Below, piece after piece: positions 1 to 9,571 of a DNA stretch of 64,000 nucleotides. Source of the stretch: Sedimentisphaeraceae bacterium JB056. GTDB taxonomy: Bacteria; Planctomycetota; Phycisphaerae; Sedimentisphaerales; Sedimentisphaeraceae. The position numbers were made by a program, and so were the translations under genes. The number at the start of each line of letters is the position of its first letter. Within the stretch, counting starts at the first letter, position 1. The stretch lies in contig JBITAJ010000018.1 in NCBI GenBank assembly GCA_044440125.1, positions 64,001-128,000 on the forward strand, in the 5' to 3' direction. The notes under the pieces are model-generated. The model worked only from the letters and a program-made list of their open reading frames with translations, ran no database searches and was not told the origin of the DNA.

Positions 1-2
1 GC

Positions 3-395
3 TACAATGAAAAATGGAGTTTCAACAACTTTGGCTACAGTTATTATGATGTTGAGTTATTGAATAACCGTGATGGTGAAGATTCATTGCTTGCCGCATC
101 GGAAACCGGTTATATTTACAGCCTCAATCCTTCCGATGGTTCTCTTAATTGGAGTAAACATCTTGGAAGTATTGTCCACACTGTTTCTGTTTATGCAGAT
201 AAATACATAGCTGCAGGTACCGAAAAGGGTGATGTCTTTATCTTGAATTCAGATGGTAAAATTCTTTACACTTGCAATCTTGGTGGTAAAATATGCAAGA
301 TTATTCCGATTGGTAACGGTGTGTTTGCTGTGGCTGATACTTACTGTAATATTTCAGTAGTCGGATGGAATAACAACGCTTTAGAGCCGCAATGA
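3..395 (+). CDS. PQQ-like beta-propeller repeat protein, C-terminal part (5' end outside window)
   Basis: Frame is open from position 3 (YNEKWSF...). Repeated blade-like motifs GYIYSLNPSDGSLNWS and GDVFILNSDGKILY. Confidence 0.6.
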   Translation, partial: YNEKWSFNNFGYSYYDVELLNNRDGEDSLLAASETGYIYSLNPSDGSLNWSKHLGSIVHTVSVYADKYIAAGTEKGDVFILNSDGKILYTCNLGGKICKIIPIGNGVFAVADTYCNISVVGWNNNALEPQ

Positions 396-428
396 AGGGT
401 TGTTTTTGAAGATGACTTTCAAAATAAA

Positions 429-1040
429 ATGAGAAACTGGTGGCTTGAAGGAAGTGACAAAGTTTCAATTAAAAACGGAAGAATGTATATAGATGCCAAT
501 GATCCCGATGGCAGCGGAAGTGATATCTATTGTACCATATGGTGCAAAAATAAGATTGAGGGCAAGAATGTTAATATTAAATTTGATGCCTGTGTGCTTG
601 ATTCCAAGACAGGCGTGAACAATATTAATTTCTTTCTGAACTATTCCGATCCTGAAGACAAGGATATCTATGAGACCCGTTCTGCTCGAGAGAGCGGGGC
701 ATATACCTTGTATCACGACCTTAATGGCTACATATTTACTTATCTGCGTGATATTGCCGGAGAGAGAGAGTTTGTTAACGGTGTTCCGCAGGGCAGGGTT
801 CGTATCCGAAGATGTCCTGGATTTAATATGATAGCAGAAAGTTATACCTATAATGCTGAGGCAGGAAAAGTCCGGGAAATTGAGATAATAAAAAGGGGTG
901 GTGATATTTCTTACAAAGTAGATGGGATGATTCTTTGTCAGGTAGAAGATGAAGATAGTTGGAATTCTGGCTATTTTGGACTAAGAACGTATATGACCAG
1001 TTTGTGGGTTGACAATTTTGTTGTAACTGAGTTAGAGTAA
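429..1040 (+). CDS. ConA-like beta-sandwich protein (YesU/DUF1961/DUF6250-like); true start may be ATG 392 with a frameshift
   Basis: Motifs NWWLEG, NNINFFL, RIRRCPGF and GYFGLRTY...VDNFVV. The in-frame upstream segment reads VVFEDDF. Confidence 0.55.
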   Translation: MRNWWLEGSDKVSIKNGRMYIDANDPDGSGSDIYCTIWCKNKIEGKNVNIKFDACVLDSKTGVNNINFFLNYSDPEDKDIYETRSARESGAYTLYHDLNGYIFTYLRDIAGEREFVNGVPQGRVRIRRCPGFNMIAESYTYNAEAGKVREIEIIKRGGDISYKVDGMILCQVEDEDSWNSGYFGLRTYMTSLWVDNFVVTELE

Positions 1041-1064
1041 TAATTTGATTGAAAGATTTTGATA

Positions 1065-2318
1065 ATGATAAGATCAGTTGTAAATTGCGTATTCCTTTTA
1101 TGTTCGGTATGTTGTTTATATGCGGCAGATGTAACTGTTGTTACAGATAGAGAAGATGCTCTTTATTCTTGCGGTGAAAAAGCAGGCTTTGTAATAAGCA
1201 GTGAAACAGAAACTGATTGCAAATACACACTGACTCTTGATGGCAAAGATGTGATCAAAACCGGCGAATTAAAAATAACTGATGACGCAGAAGTCGTCTA
1301 TGGCTCAGTTGAGGAGCCTGGATTTCTGAGATGTGCTGTGCAGTATAAGGATTCAGATACAGGCAAGATGAAATCAGCCGTTGCGGCGGCAGGTTTCGAT
1401 CCGAAGAAGATTAAGCCTGCTTATGATAAACTTACCGAAGATTTTGATGTCTTCTGGAATGAAATGAAGCGTCAGCTAAGTTGTATACCTTTTAATATTG
1501 TTATGGAACCATACAGTAGTGATGATGGTGTTGAAATCGTAGATATAAAGGTTGATTGTATTGGCAAGAATGTCAGCGGTTATTATGCTCGTCCTATCGA
1601 TGCGAAGGTCAAAAGCTGTCCGGCAATATTGTTTGTTCAGGGCGCGGGTGTTTACAGTTCAAGAACCGGAAGTGTAAAAGACTATGCAAGCGAGGGTTTT
1701 ATAGCTCTTGAGATAAATGCTCATGGTTTGTCCAATGGACAGAGTAAGGAATATTACAGTGAATTGGCTAAGGGAGAACTTCAGGGATATTCTCACTGGG
1801 GTAGAGAAAGCCGCTATACCAGCTATTTCAAAGGAATGTACTTGAGGGTTGTTCGAGCATTGGAGTTTCTCAAGGCTCAACCTCAGTGGGATGGTAAGGT
1901 GCTGGTTGTTTACGGTTCAAGCCAGGGCGGTGCACAGACTCTTGCCGCCACAGGTCTTGATCCTGACGTTAATATAATAGCTGCTGCAGTTCCGGCCATG
2001 AGTGATCATGCCGGTAAGATTGCCGGCTGGCCGAGAATGATTCCTACGGAGGGAGACGGCAGTTACAACAAGCAGATAGCAGATGCCAGCAGTTTCTTTG
2101 ACAATGTCAATTTTGCACGCAAGTCAAAGGCGCAGGCAATCTTTACTGTTGGATTTATTGACAACGTATGTCGCCCGACAAGTGTTTATGCGGTGTATAA
2201 TACATTTCCTAATAAGAAGGAAATTATAAACGAGCCGCTTATGGATCACAAATTCCTGCCTGAACACCGTGATGTTTTCAAGCAGTGGATACTCGAAATC
2301 ATTGAAGACATAAAGTGA
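1065..2318 (+). CDS. Secreted acetyl xylan esterase / cephalosporin-C deacetylase family (CE7-like) esterase
   Basis: Signal peptide, nucleophile elbow GSSQGG, GFIDNVCRP (Asp), C-terminal His (MDH), and YLRVVRALEFL. Confidence 0.8.
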   Translation: MIRSVVNCVFLLCSVCCLYAADVTVVTDREDALYSCGEKAGFVISSETETDCKYTLTLDGKDVIKTGELKITDDAEVVYGSVEEPGFLRCAVQYKDSDTGKMKSAVAAAGFDPKKIKPAYDKLTEDFDVFWNEMKRQLSCIPFNIVMEPYSSDDGVEIVDIKVDCIGKNVSGYYARPIDAKVKSCPAILFVQGAGVYSSRTGSVKDYASEGFIALEINAHGLSNGQSKEYYSELAKGELQGYSHWGRESRYTSYFKGMYLRVVRALEFLKAQPQWDGKVLVVYGSSQGGAQTLAATGLDPDVNIIAAAVPAMSDHAGKIAGWPRMIPTEGDGSYNKQIADASSFFDNVNFARKSKAQAIFTVGFIDNVCRPTSVYAVYNTFPNKKEIINEPLMDHKFLPEHRDVFKQWILEIIEDIK

Positions 2319-2495
2319 TTTAGTCTTATACCCATAACGAAAATCCCCAAAGGGTAAACTTACCCTTGTTAACTGAAAAAAACATATATTTTTTCAGCAC
2401 AGAAGATGTACGTGTATTATTTGACAGTCATGTGTTTAGCGGTTGGTTAAACACTGTCAAAATATCTTATTACTTATTGTTTCAAGGAGATTTGT

Positions 2496-5186
2496 ATGTG
2501 GTTTTTAAACAGAAAATGGTTCTTGTGGGTTTGTTTGGTTGTTGTTTTACCGGGGTTTGTTCCGCTTTTAGCGGTAACTCATCCTGATGCAACGCAGGTG
2601 AGCTTGATTGATCTTGAGTTTGATTCACCTGCCTACAGGTATTACACCGGCGGCTATTACTATATCAATGAGGATGGTTATGATCATTGGGCAGTAAATC
2701 AGGATGTTGGTAATGTGCCGGATATTACAAGTTCATACTATTATTCCGGTAGCAAGGGAATGATCTGTTCGGTTGGTTCAGCCAGTTCCGGAGAGTGTGC
2801 AAGATCAGAACTTCTTCTTTTGCGTCAGCAAACGTTGGATACAACAATGTATTGCTCCTTTGCCAATTATCAGCCTGTTAATTCTCCCGAAACTCCAAAT
2901 CACAGCATTTTTTGGCAATGCTGGCAATGGTCTGGCGGTTCACCTCCGTTGGCGCTTAACATGGAGCCGGATGGACAACATTTTATATTTCAACGGAATG
3001 TAGATGATACAGAGTCCACAACAGCTCTTTATCGAGCTATGATACCGGAGATGGGCAGTTGGCACAGATATTTTGTTGAATATACTCTTGGGACTGATTA
3101 TGACGGGAATGTTAAGTTTTACATTGATGGGATAAAGAAAATGGAGTTTGAAGGTACAACCGCAAGAAGCGGCACTGGTATCCCCACTGATTCATTCCAG
3201 ACTAAATGTGGAATCTATCGATACAGCGATCCGTCAAGTTATACCAGTTACTTTGACAGTGTAAGAATCGGTACTGCCAGAAGCCAGGTGTGGTATGGTA
3301 CAGAGACCGAGGAAACACAACCCGAATCATCAATCATAGGGCATTGGGGATTTGATGAACCTGGTGACTGTAATGTTGCTATTGATAGTTCTGAAGGGTG
3401 CAGCTATGTTGGCGAGATTAGAAACGGCGGGGCAAGAGCTGCTGGCTATATTGGCGGTGCGGTATCACTTGACGGCGTGGATGATTATGTTTCAATTCCC
3501 GACAGTATCTTATGGGATACAGGTGATCAGATAACGGTGTCATGCAGATTTAAGACAGACACCAATCAGTCAGTCAAGGGACTGGTTATGCATGACTATG
3601 ACAATTATAAGTATATGCTTTATATGACGGGTAATGCAGGAGATTTGATTTTCTATGTAAGAACTTCAAGTGGTGTTGTTACCGCATCTATTAACAACTC
3701 TGATGGTTACTATGCAGATAGTGCATGGCACCATGTTACAGGTGTTTATGATAAAAATTCTTCTGATGGGAATCGTGTTAAATTGTATGTTGATGGTTCT
3801 CTTGTCGGTTATGCTGCCGGTTATAATGAAAGTATTCTTGCTGGAGATGAAGGTATAAAAATTGGCCGATATCTGTCAAATTACTTTGATGGACAAATTG
3901 ATGATGTAAGAATATATAATTATGCTTTGGGTTTGGATCAGGTTACAGATATTTATTCTGATACGCTTCTTGCTCACTGGAAATTTGATGATGACAGCTA
4001 TGGTTTTGACGGTGATTGTTCAGGTAATGCAACATCATTTATGGCTTTTAATGATTCTGCCACAGTTTCCGGTTATGAGGGTAGTGCCGCTGATTTTGAT
4101 GGTAATGATGATTATCTTGAGGTCTTTGACAGTCGTTTATGGGATACGGGGAGTGAACTTACCGTATCATGTCGATTTAAGACAAATGTTAACCAGTCAG
4201 GTAAAGGGCTTGTAATGCACGATGCGAGTAATTACAAATATCTGCTTTACCTTAATGGTAACTCAGGCGACTTGATCTTCTATACAAGAACATCCAGTGG
4301 TGTAACAACTGCGTCAGTAAACAATGCAGATGGCTATTATGCAGATGGCAACTGGCATCAGGCTGTGGGTGTTTATGATAGATATGCATCAGATGGCTAC
4401 CGGGTAAAATTGTATATTGATGGTTCTCTTGTCGGTTATACAGCCGGCTACAATGAGGATTTGCTTGAAGGTGATCAGGGAATTTATATAGGGCGGTATT
4501 CTGCTAATTATTTTGATGGTGCAATCGATGATGTTTCTATATATTGCAGTGCATTCAGTTCGCAGGAAATTGGATATATGTATGATGGGCCTGTATGTGA
4601 TTATGATTTTGATGAAAATAGTTCGGATGTGATCTGGGATAGCTCGTTTATGAATAATTATGATGGTATTATGCAAAATGGTTTAGGATGGGCTTCCGGC
4701 TATACAGGCACAGCCGCTGATTTTGATGGAAGCGATGACTATATCAAGATTGCTGACAGTGATATCTGGGACACCGGTGATGAGATAGCCGTGTCATGCA
4801 GATTCAAGACAAGTGTTAACCAGTCCGGCAAAGGGCTTGTAATGCATGATGCAAGCAATTATAAGTATCTGTTGTATCTTACCGGTGATTCCGGCGGGCT
4901 TATTTTTTACGTGAGAACGGCAAGCGGAGTTGTTTCTGCTTCAAAGAGCCAAAGTGCTGGTTATTATGCTGATGGACAGTGGCATCAGGCAGTAGGTGTT
5001 TACGACAGAAATGCTTCAGATGGTAACCGCGTTAAGCTGTATTTTGATGACACACTTGTCGGTTCTGCATCTGGTTATGATGAGGCTTTACTTGCCGGTG
5101 ATGAAGGCATATATATAGGTAGATACTCATCTAATTATTTTGATGGCCTTATTGATGATGTGTTAATTTACAATAGTGCAAGATAG
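2496..5186 (+). CDS. Secreted polysaccharide-lyase-like (heparin lyase I/PF14099-type) domain plus three tandem LamG domains
   Basis: AAGGAG RBS and signal peptide. N-domain motifs ARSEL, IFWQCWQW, WHRYFVEY, KCGIYR, YFDSVRIG. Three repeats of HW.FD...LDG.DDY...WH...GVYD...LY.DG...IG....YFDG.IDDV.IY. Confidence 0.7.
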   Translation: MWFLNRKWFLWVCLVVVLPGFVPLLAVTHPDATQVSLIDLEFDSPAYRYYTGGYYYINEDGYDHWAVNQDVGNVPDITSSYYYSGSKGMICSVGSASSGECARSELLLLRQQTLDTTMYCSFANYQPVNSPETPNHSIFWQCWQWSGGSPPLALNMEPDGQHFIFQRNVDDTESTTALYRAMIPEMGSWHRYFVEYTLGTDYDGNVKFYIDGIKKMEFEGTTARSGTGIPTDSFQTKCGIYRYSDPSSYTSYFDSVRIGTARSQVWYGTETEETQPESSIIGHWGFDEPGDCNVAIDSSEGCSYVGEIRNGGARAAGYIGGAVSLDGVDDYVSIPDSILWDTGDQITVSCRFKTDTNQSVKGLVMHDYDNYKYMLYMTGNAGDLIFYVRTSSGVVTASINNSDGYYADSAWHHVTGVYDKNSSDGNRVKLYVDGSLVGYAAGYNESILAGDEGIKIGRYLSNYFDGQIDDVRIYNYALGLDQVTDIYSDTLLAHWKFDDDSYGFDGDCSGNATSFMAFNDSATVSGYEGSAADFDGNDDYLEVFDSRLWDTGSELTVSCRFKTNVNQSGKGLVMHDASNYKYLLYLNGNSGDLIFYTRTSSGVTTASVNNADGYYADGNWHQAVGVYDRYASDGYRVKLYIDGSLVGYTAGYNEDLLEGDQGIYIGRYSANYFDGAIDDVSIYCSAFSSQEIGYMYDGPVCDYDFDENSSDVIWDSSFMNNYDGIMQNGLGWASGYTGTAADFDGSDDYIKIADSDIWDTGDEIAVSCRFKTSVNQSGKGLVMHDASNYKYLLYLTGDSGGLIFYVRTASGVVSASKSQSAGYYADGQWHQAVGVYDRNASDGNRVKLYFDDTLVGSASGYDEALLAGDEGIYIGRYSSNYFDGLIDDVLIYNSAR
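3330..5183 (+). repeat. Intragenic triplication of a ~200-aa LamG domain
   Basis: WDTG...VSCRFKT..NQS.KGLVMHD..NYKY.LY occurs three times. DNA similarity is visible, e.g. gatggttctcttgtcggttat near 3792 and 4419. Confidence 0.9.
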
Positions 5187-5206
5187 TCTGTTCAAAAACA
5201 CGAGAA

Positions 5207-5240
5207 ATTCAGGTCGTAATTGCGAAATTGCGACCTGAAT
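5207..5240. terminator. Hairpin between convergent genes, probable bidirectional terminator
   Basis: ATTCAGGTCGTAATT-gcga-AATTGCGACCTGAAT: 15-bp stem with one non-Watson-Crick position. Confidence 0.7.
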
Positions 5241-5269
5241 AGTGTTTAGTGAATCAGATGTTTTATGTT

Positions 5270-6700
5270 CTAATATGGCGTAGCAAGTAAACTTTTCAAA
5301 TTTGAGCATATATCAGGATGCTGTGAAGCTATGTCGTTTAGCTCAGAAATATCTTTTGATATATCATACAGTTCTATGGATGCCTGCTCTGCAATCTTGA
5401 CTGCTTTCCAGTTATTCATTCTTACAGCTCTTTTGTCTTTGTATTGCCAATAAAGATATTTATGCTGTTTCTGTTCTTCTGGTTGCCCAAGCAATGTTGG
5501 CAGCATTGATATACCGTCAGTTGGTGATTCAATAGGCTGTCCTGTAATATCTGCTACTGTGGGTAGGAAGTCCCAGAATGCTGATATATGGTCTGATTGG
5601 GTGCCGCTTTCGATTTTACCTGGCCAGTATGCTATAAATGGAATTCGTATGCCTCCTTCGTAAAGGTCTCTTTTCATGCCCCGAAGAGAACCGTTGCTGT
5701 TGAAAAATTCGGGATAGGAGCCGCCTTCGGTATGCGGGCCGTTGTCGCTGGCAAATATTACAAGTGTGTTTTCTTCAATATTTTTTTCTTTAAGCAATTC
5801 GATTATCCTGCCTACATCAGAGTCGAGTTTTGATATCATTGCTGCATAACTTTTCTGGGCATTGGGCCATGGTTTGTCTGAATACATGCCGTTATCTGGC
5901 ACCTCCATACCGTGTTCAATGCCAATTTTATCAAACTCATTATTTGCGTGAGGGATTGTGTAGGGAAGATACAGGAAGAACGGTTCATTACTGTTTTCAA
6001 TGAATTCTATGGCCTTTTCTGTAAAAAGGTCATGGCTGTACTCTTTTTTATTAGTTGAGATTCCGCCAAATTTACTTGTAATATGTCCATATTCCAGTGC
6101 TCCGGGGTCATTCTGATCATACTGACTTATATCAGGTCGTTCAACAATATTTTCAAGGTGATCTTTTTTCTGGTTTTCCCATAGATACTCAGGGTAGTAG
6201 TTGTGAGCCTGTACCTGATTCAGGTAGCCGTAGAAATAATCGAATCCCTGTTTATTAGGTATTCCCGGACTTCCAGCTTCACCAAGCCCCCATTTGCCGA
6301 TTGCTGCTGTTCTGTATCCTGCTTTTTTACAGATTTCTGCAACAGTGACGTCTGTGTCAAAGAGGGTTGAGTCTGCTTCATTACCTTTTATTCTGCAATG
6401 TCCGGTATGGAGACCGGTCATAAGAGTACATCTTGATGGGGCACAGACTGTACTGCCGGCATAATGCTGAGTGAATTTCATGCCTTCAGCCGCCATTTTG
6501 TCAATATTTGGAGTTTTGATTTGTTTTTGACCATAGCAACCCAAATCGCCGTATCCAAGATCATCTGCAAGAATGTATATGATGTTGGGGTTTTTGGGGG
6601 CGGTATTTACTTTTTTACTGGTCGAATAGCATCCGCTTATGCTTGCTCCTGCAGTTATCATTAATGAATGGCTTAAGAATTGTCTTCTTGTCAGACTCAT
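5270..6700 (-). CDS. Arylsulfatase (S1, Cys-type), Tat-exported, probable lipoprotein
   Basis: Twin-arginine MSLTRRQFL, lipobox-like ISGC, PNIIYILADDLGYGD, CAPSR, GKWGLG, SDNG, YEGGIRIP. Start placed at ATG 6700 after AGGA. Confidence 0.9.
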   Translation of the reverse strand: MSLTRRQFLSHSLMITAGASISGCYSTSKKVNTAPKNPNIIYILADDLGYGDLGCYGQKQIKTPNIDKMAAEGMKFTQHYAGSTVCAPSRCTLMTGLHTGHCRIKGNEADSTLFDTDVTVAEICKKAGYRTAAIGKWGLGEAGSPGIPNKQGFDYFYGYLNQVQAHNYYPEYLWENQKKDHLENIVERPDISQYDQNDPGALEYGHITSKFGGISTNKKEYSHDLFTEKAIEFIENSNEPFFLYLPYTIPHANNEFDKIGIEHGMEVPDNGMYSDKPWPNAQKSYAAMISKLDSDVGRIIELLKEKNIEENTLVIFASDNGPHTEGGSYPEFFNSNGSLRGMKRDLYEGGIRIPFIAYWPGKIESGTQSDHISAFWDFLPTVADITGQPIESPTDGISMLPTLLGQPEEQKQHKYLYWQYKDKRAVRMNNWKAVKIAEQASIELYDISKDISELNDIASQHPDICSNLKSLLATPY

Positions 6701-6739
6701 ACTTGTTGTCCTTAAAATTAGCAAAAATAGTATTAAGTT

Positions 6740-6780
6740 ATGTTTGACATTGTATTTTGTGATAACACAATGTCAAACAT
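6740..6780 (-). promoter_or_regulatory. Sigma70-type promoter embedded in a perfect 14-bp inverted repeat
   Basis: ATGTTTGACATTGT-N13-ACAATGTCAAACAT. The minus strand reads TTGACA-N16-TACAAT toward the sulfatase. Confidence 0.55.
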
Positions 6781-6818
6781 TTCTAAATATATATTAAGAT
6801 TGTATGTGTTTAAGACGT

Positions 6819-8339
6819 TTATGCCTTTTCATTCCAGACTGTCAGTCCTTCAATCTGTTTTTCATTCTTGAATATAAAGCTCAACAGATATGCTATAAAG
6901 AAGAATGCCGCGTTAACCAGTGTCATTATCCAGTATGCATGTACCCTCATCTGCCAGTTTTCAGGCAACGCATTTATTGTATTAAGTCCAAGATACAGAT
7001 TGAATATTGTAGTTATTACAAGAGCAATGATTGATGCTTTATTGCTGATTCTTTTTGTGAAGAAGCCGGCTATGTAGAGTCCGATTTTACTTCCGGAGAA
7101 AATGCCGCCGGCAATCATCCCCATGTCCATCATGCTTTCTTTGGGCAGACGTTCGAATACTATTGCCCCAATTATCATTATTACGGAAGTTATCAATGCT
7201 ATTGACTGAGCAAATATCAGATACTGTTTTTCTGTGTATTTCTTAACCGAAAATCTTTGAAGTATATCAACTATTGATATTGTTGATACGGCGTTGATAC
7301 TTGAATCAAGCGAAGACATTCCAGCTGCCAGTACACCGGCAATCACTAATCCGGCAAAGAATTGCGGAAGTTGTGTGAGGATGAATATTGGGAACACCTG
7401 ATCTGGTTCAAGTTGGGCGATTTGTGCATCAGGAAACACTTTGTAGAATGCAAACATTGCCGTGCCGATGAAGAAGAAGAATGCCCATGTCGGTACGCTT
7501 GCAATGGCGCATATTGCGGTTGCTTTTCTTGCCTCTTTCATTGATTTTGCCGCTATATAACGCTGTACAACATTTTGGTCGCTGGCATACATGCCTATCC
7601 AGTTGACAATACCGGCAAGAACCATTGTGTAGAATGTTCTTTCTCCCATATCCCATTTGAATTCGCCGATTCCGAATTTATGGTCTTCGATGGCTATATC
7701 CATAATTTGTCCAAGACCGTGCGGCATCTTGATTATCATTATGGCAAGACACAATAGTCCGCCAACCCATAGTGTAATCGTTTGAATCACATCAGTCCAT
7801 ATGACTGCGTCAATACCTCCGGCAACTGTGTAAAAGGATACAAATATACCTGTAATAATGATTGCCCAAAGTATATCTATACCTGTCAAAAGGTTGATAG
7901 GGATTGCCATCAAATATAGGACTGTTGCTATGCGTATTAATTGGGTTATAATGAATCCTACAGCCCCATAAAGGCGAACTATAGGGCCAAATCTATCCTC
8001 AAGATATTCAAACGCCGATGCTGTTTTGCCGTGTCTGAAAAATGGGATAAAGATTACAATAGCTATTATTGAGACTACAGGAAGTGTTAGGTTGGGTACA
8101 ACCATCCGCCAGTCAAGTACGAATGCTGCTGCAGGGAATGCCAGAAAAGTAACAGAGCTTACAGAGGTTCCAACCATAGAAAGGCCGAGTGCCCAGCCCG
8201 GAAAATTACGGCCGCCAAGAAAGTAGTCATCGGTTGTAGTGTTTTTACGGGAAAAATAAACTCCCATACACGCCATTAAGCCGAGGTATATCAGCAGGGC
8301 GACAATGTCGCTTAATCGCATTAAATTTTCTTCAAACAT
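6819..8339 (-). CDS. Sodium:solute symporter (SSS, SiaT-like sugar-acid transporter)
   Basis: Many hydrophobic segments. DDYFLGGR, SAFEYLEDRFG, GGIDAVIWTDVIQ, DQNVVQRY, AAGMSSLDSSINA. Confidence 0.9.
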   Translation of the reverse strand: MFEENLMRLSDIVALLIYLGLMACMGVYFSRKNTTTDDYFLGGRNFPGWALGLSMVGTSVSSVTFLAFPAAAFVLDWRMVVPNLTLPVVSIIAIVIFIPFFRHGKTASAFEYLEDRFGPIVRLYGAVGFIITQLIRIATVLYLMAIPINLLTGIDILWAIIITGIFVSFYTVAGGIDAVIWTDVIQTITLWVGGLLCLAIMIIKMPHGLGQIMDIAIEDHKFGIGEFKWDMGERTFYTMVLAGIVNWIGMYASDQNVVQRYIAAKSMKEARKATAICAIASVPTWAFFFFIGTAMFAFYKVFPDAQIAQLEPDQVFPIFILTQLPQFFAGLVIAGVLAAGMSSLDSSINAVSTISIVDILQRFSVKKYTEKQYLIFAQSIALITSVIMIIGAIVFERLPKESMMDMGMIAGGIFSGSKIGLYIAGFFTKRISNKASIIALVITTIFNLYLGLNTINALPENWQMRVHAYWIMTLVNAAFFFIAYLLSFIFKNEKQIEGLTVWNEKA

Positions 8340-8356
8340 AATAAGATCTTGTCCGT

Positions 8357-9538
8357 TTATTTAAGTAAGTCAATAGATATTTTACTGATTCCAATTTGTT
8401 CTTTGCCGATTGAGTATGTTACCCAGAGAGTATCATCAACTACGATTGCGTTTGGATATTGAAATCCTGGTCCTTTGTGATCGCCTGGATTCTTTTCCAT
8501 GCATTGCGGTGCTCCGCATCTGATAGTATAGGCTTTGGTGAAATTGATTCCGTCTTCTGAGATGGAAAGTATGAGAGGGTCTCTAAGCCAAAGCCTGTCG
8601 ATGTTGTTGCCTATTAAAAATGCTCTTCCGTCAGGGAGGTTTCCGGCAACACATTTTGACGGGCTGTCAGGAATATTGGTTTTATATGCCATTGACCAAT
8701 TGCCTTTGGATTCGTTACGTAGTGCCGCGTAAAGTCTCATGCTGCGGCTGTCATCACGATAAAGGCCGACTTCTTTGCCGTCAGGGCGGAAAAAATATGT
8801 TGGTTCACAAAACTTTGTGCCTTTATCACTGCTTTCAGGAAAGCTGTAGAGCTTTTTGTGCTCATTTCTCATTTCTTTGAGTTTTGTGATGTCGTTTAAT
8901 ATTTTTTTGTTTTTTGCCATTGTGTACGGGAGAATGCCGTCTTTTTCATGGCCGGGCGGTATGCTTTCAGAGAGCCAGTATGTATCTTTTCCGGGTATTC
9001 CTTCTGGCGATATGTAACGTATTAGCCTTGGTAAATCATGATGTACAGGCGTTATCGCTCCACTTTCTCTTTTAACCCATTCGGTAACTTCTTTTACTGT
9101 TGCTGTTGTATAAAGTCGGCCGTTAACTTCCTTGAATATCGGATAAATTCCGACTCCCGGTTGATTTTTGGGCGCCATTTTACCAATTGAATCAATTAGA
9201 ACCTGTGTTTTTGACCAGTGTTTCATGTCCTCAGAGAATGCGAATAAGGCCCTTGTTCCCGGTCCACCTTCATACTTATCGTGAGAAAACCATGTTACGA
9301 AAAGTTTGTTATTATAATAGTGTACTATCGGCCCATGGTTGAACATTCCAAGCTCTCTTGAGCCTGTGAATATTGTGAAATGTTCAACTCCTGATAGGAT
9401 TTCAAGTCCGGCATCTGTTTTCTCAGGATCAGGCCATGTTGTATCCCATTTTACACACGCTTTGTATACTTCTTCACTGAATGATATTCCCGCAAACAAC
9501 AATGTTGCTAACAATGCAGGTATGATTGCTTTTTTCAT
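8357..9538 (-). CDS. Secreted sialidase-fold (BNR/Asp-box) beta-propeller hydrolase, paralog 1
   Basis: Signal peptide. FNHGP, CEPT, NIPDSPSK...LPDGR, RDPLILSISEDGINF, GFQYP...LWVTYS..KEQI. Confidence 0.75.
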   Translation of the reverse strand: MKKAIIPALLATLLFAGISFSEEVYKACVKWDTTWPDPEKTDAGLEILSGVEHFTIFTGSRELGMFNHGPIVHYYNNKLFVTWFSHDKYEGGPGTRALFAFSEDMKHWSKTQVLIDSIGKMAPKNQPGVGIYPIFKEVNGRLYTTATVKEVTEWVKRESGAITPVHHDLPRLIRYISPEGIPGKDTYWLSESIPPGHEKDGILPYTMAKNKKILNDITKLKEMRNEHKKLYSFPESSDKGTKFCEPTYFFRPDGKEVGLYRDDSRSMRLYAALRNESKGNWSMAYKTNIPDSPSKCVAGNLPDGRAFLIGNNIDRLWLRDPLILSISEDGINFTKAYTIRCGAPQCMEKNPGDHKGPGFQYPNAIVVDDTLWVTYSIGKEQIGISKISIDLLK

Positions 9539-9571
9539 AGTAAACCTCTATTTTTTTCAGTTTAACAAGTA

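Noticed and set aside
393..395. In-frame TGA as selenocysteine or alternative genetic code
   Set aside because: TGA terminates other genes normally (e.g. 2318, 33181, 63294) and no SECIS-like hairpin is evident. A one-base indel explains it better.
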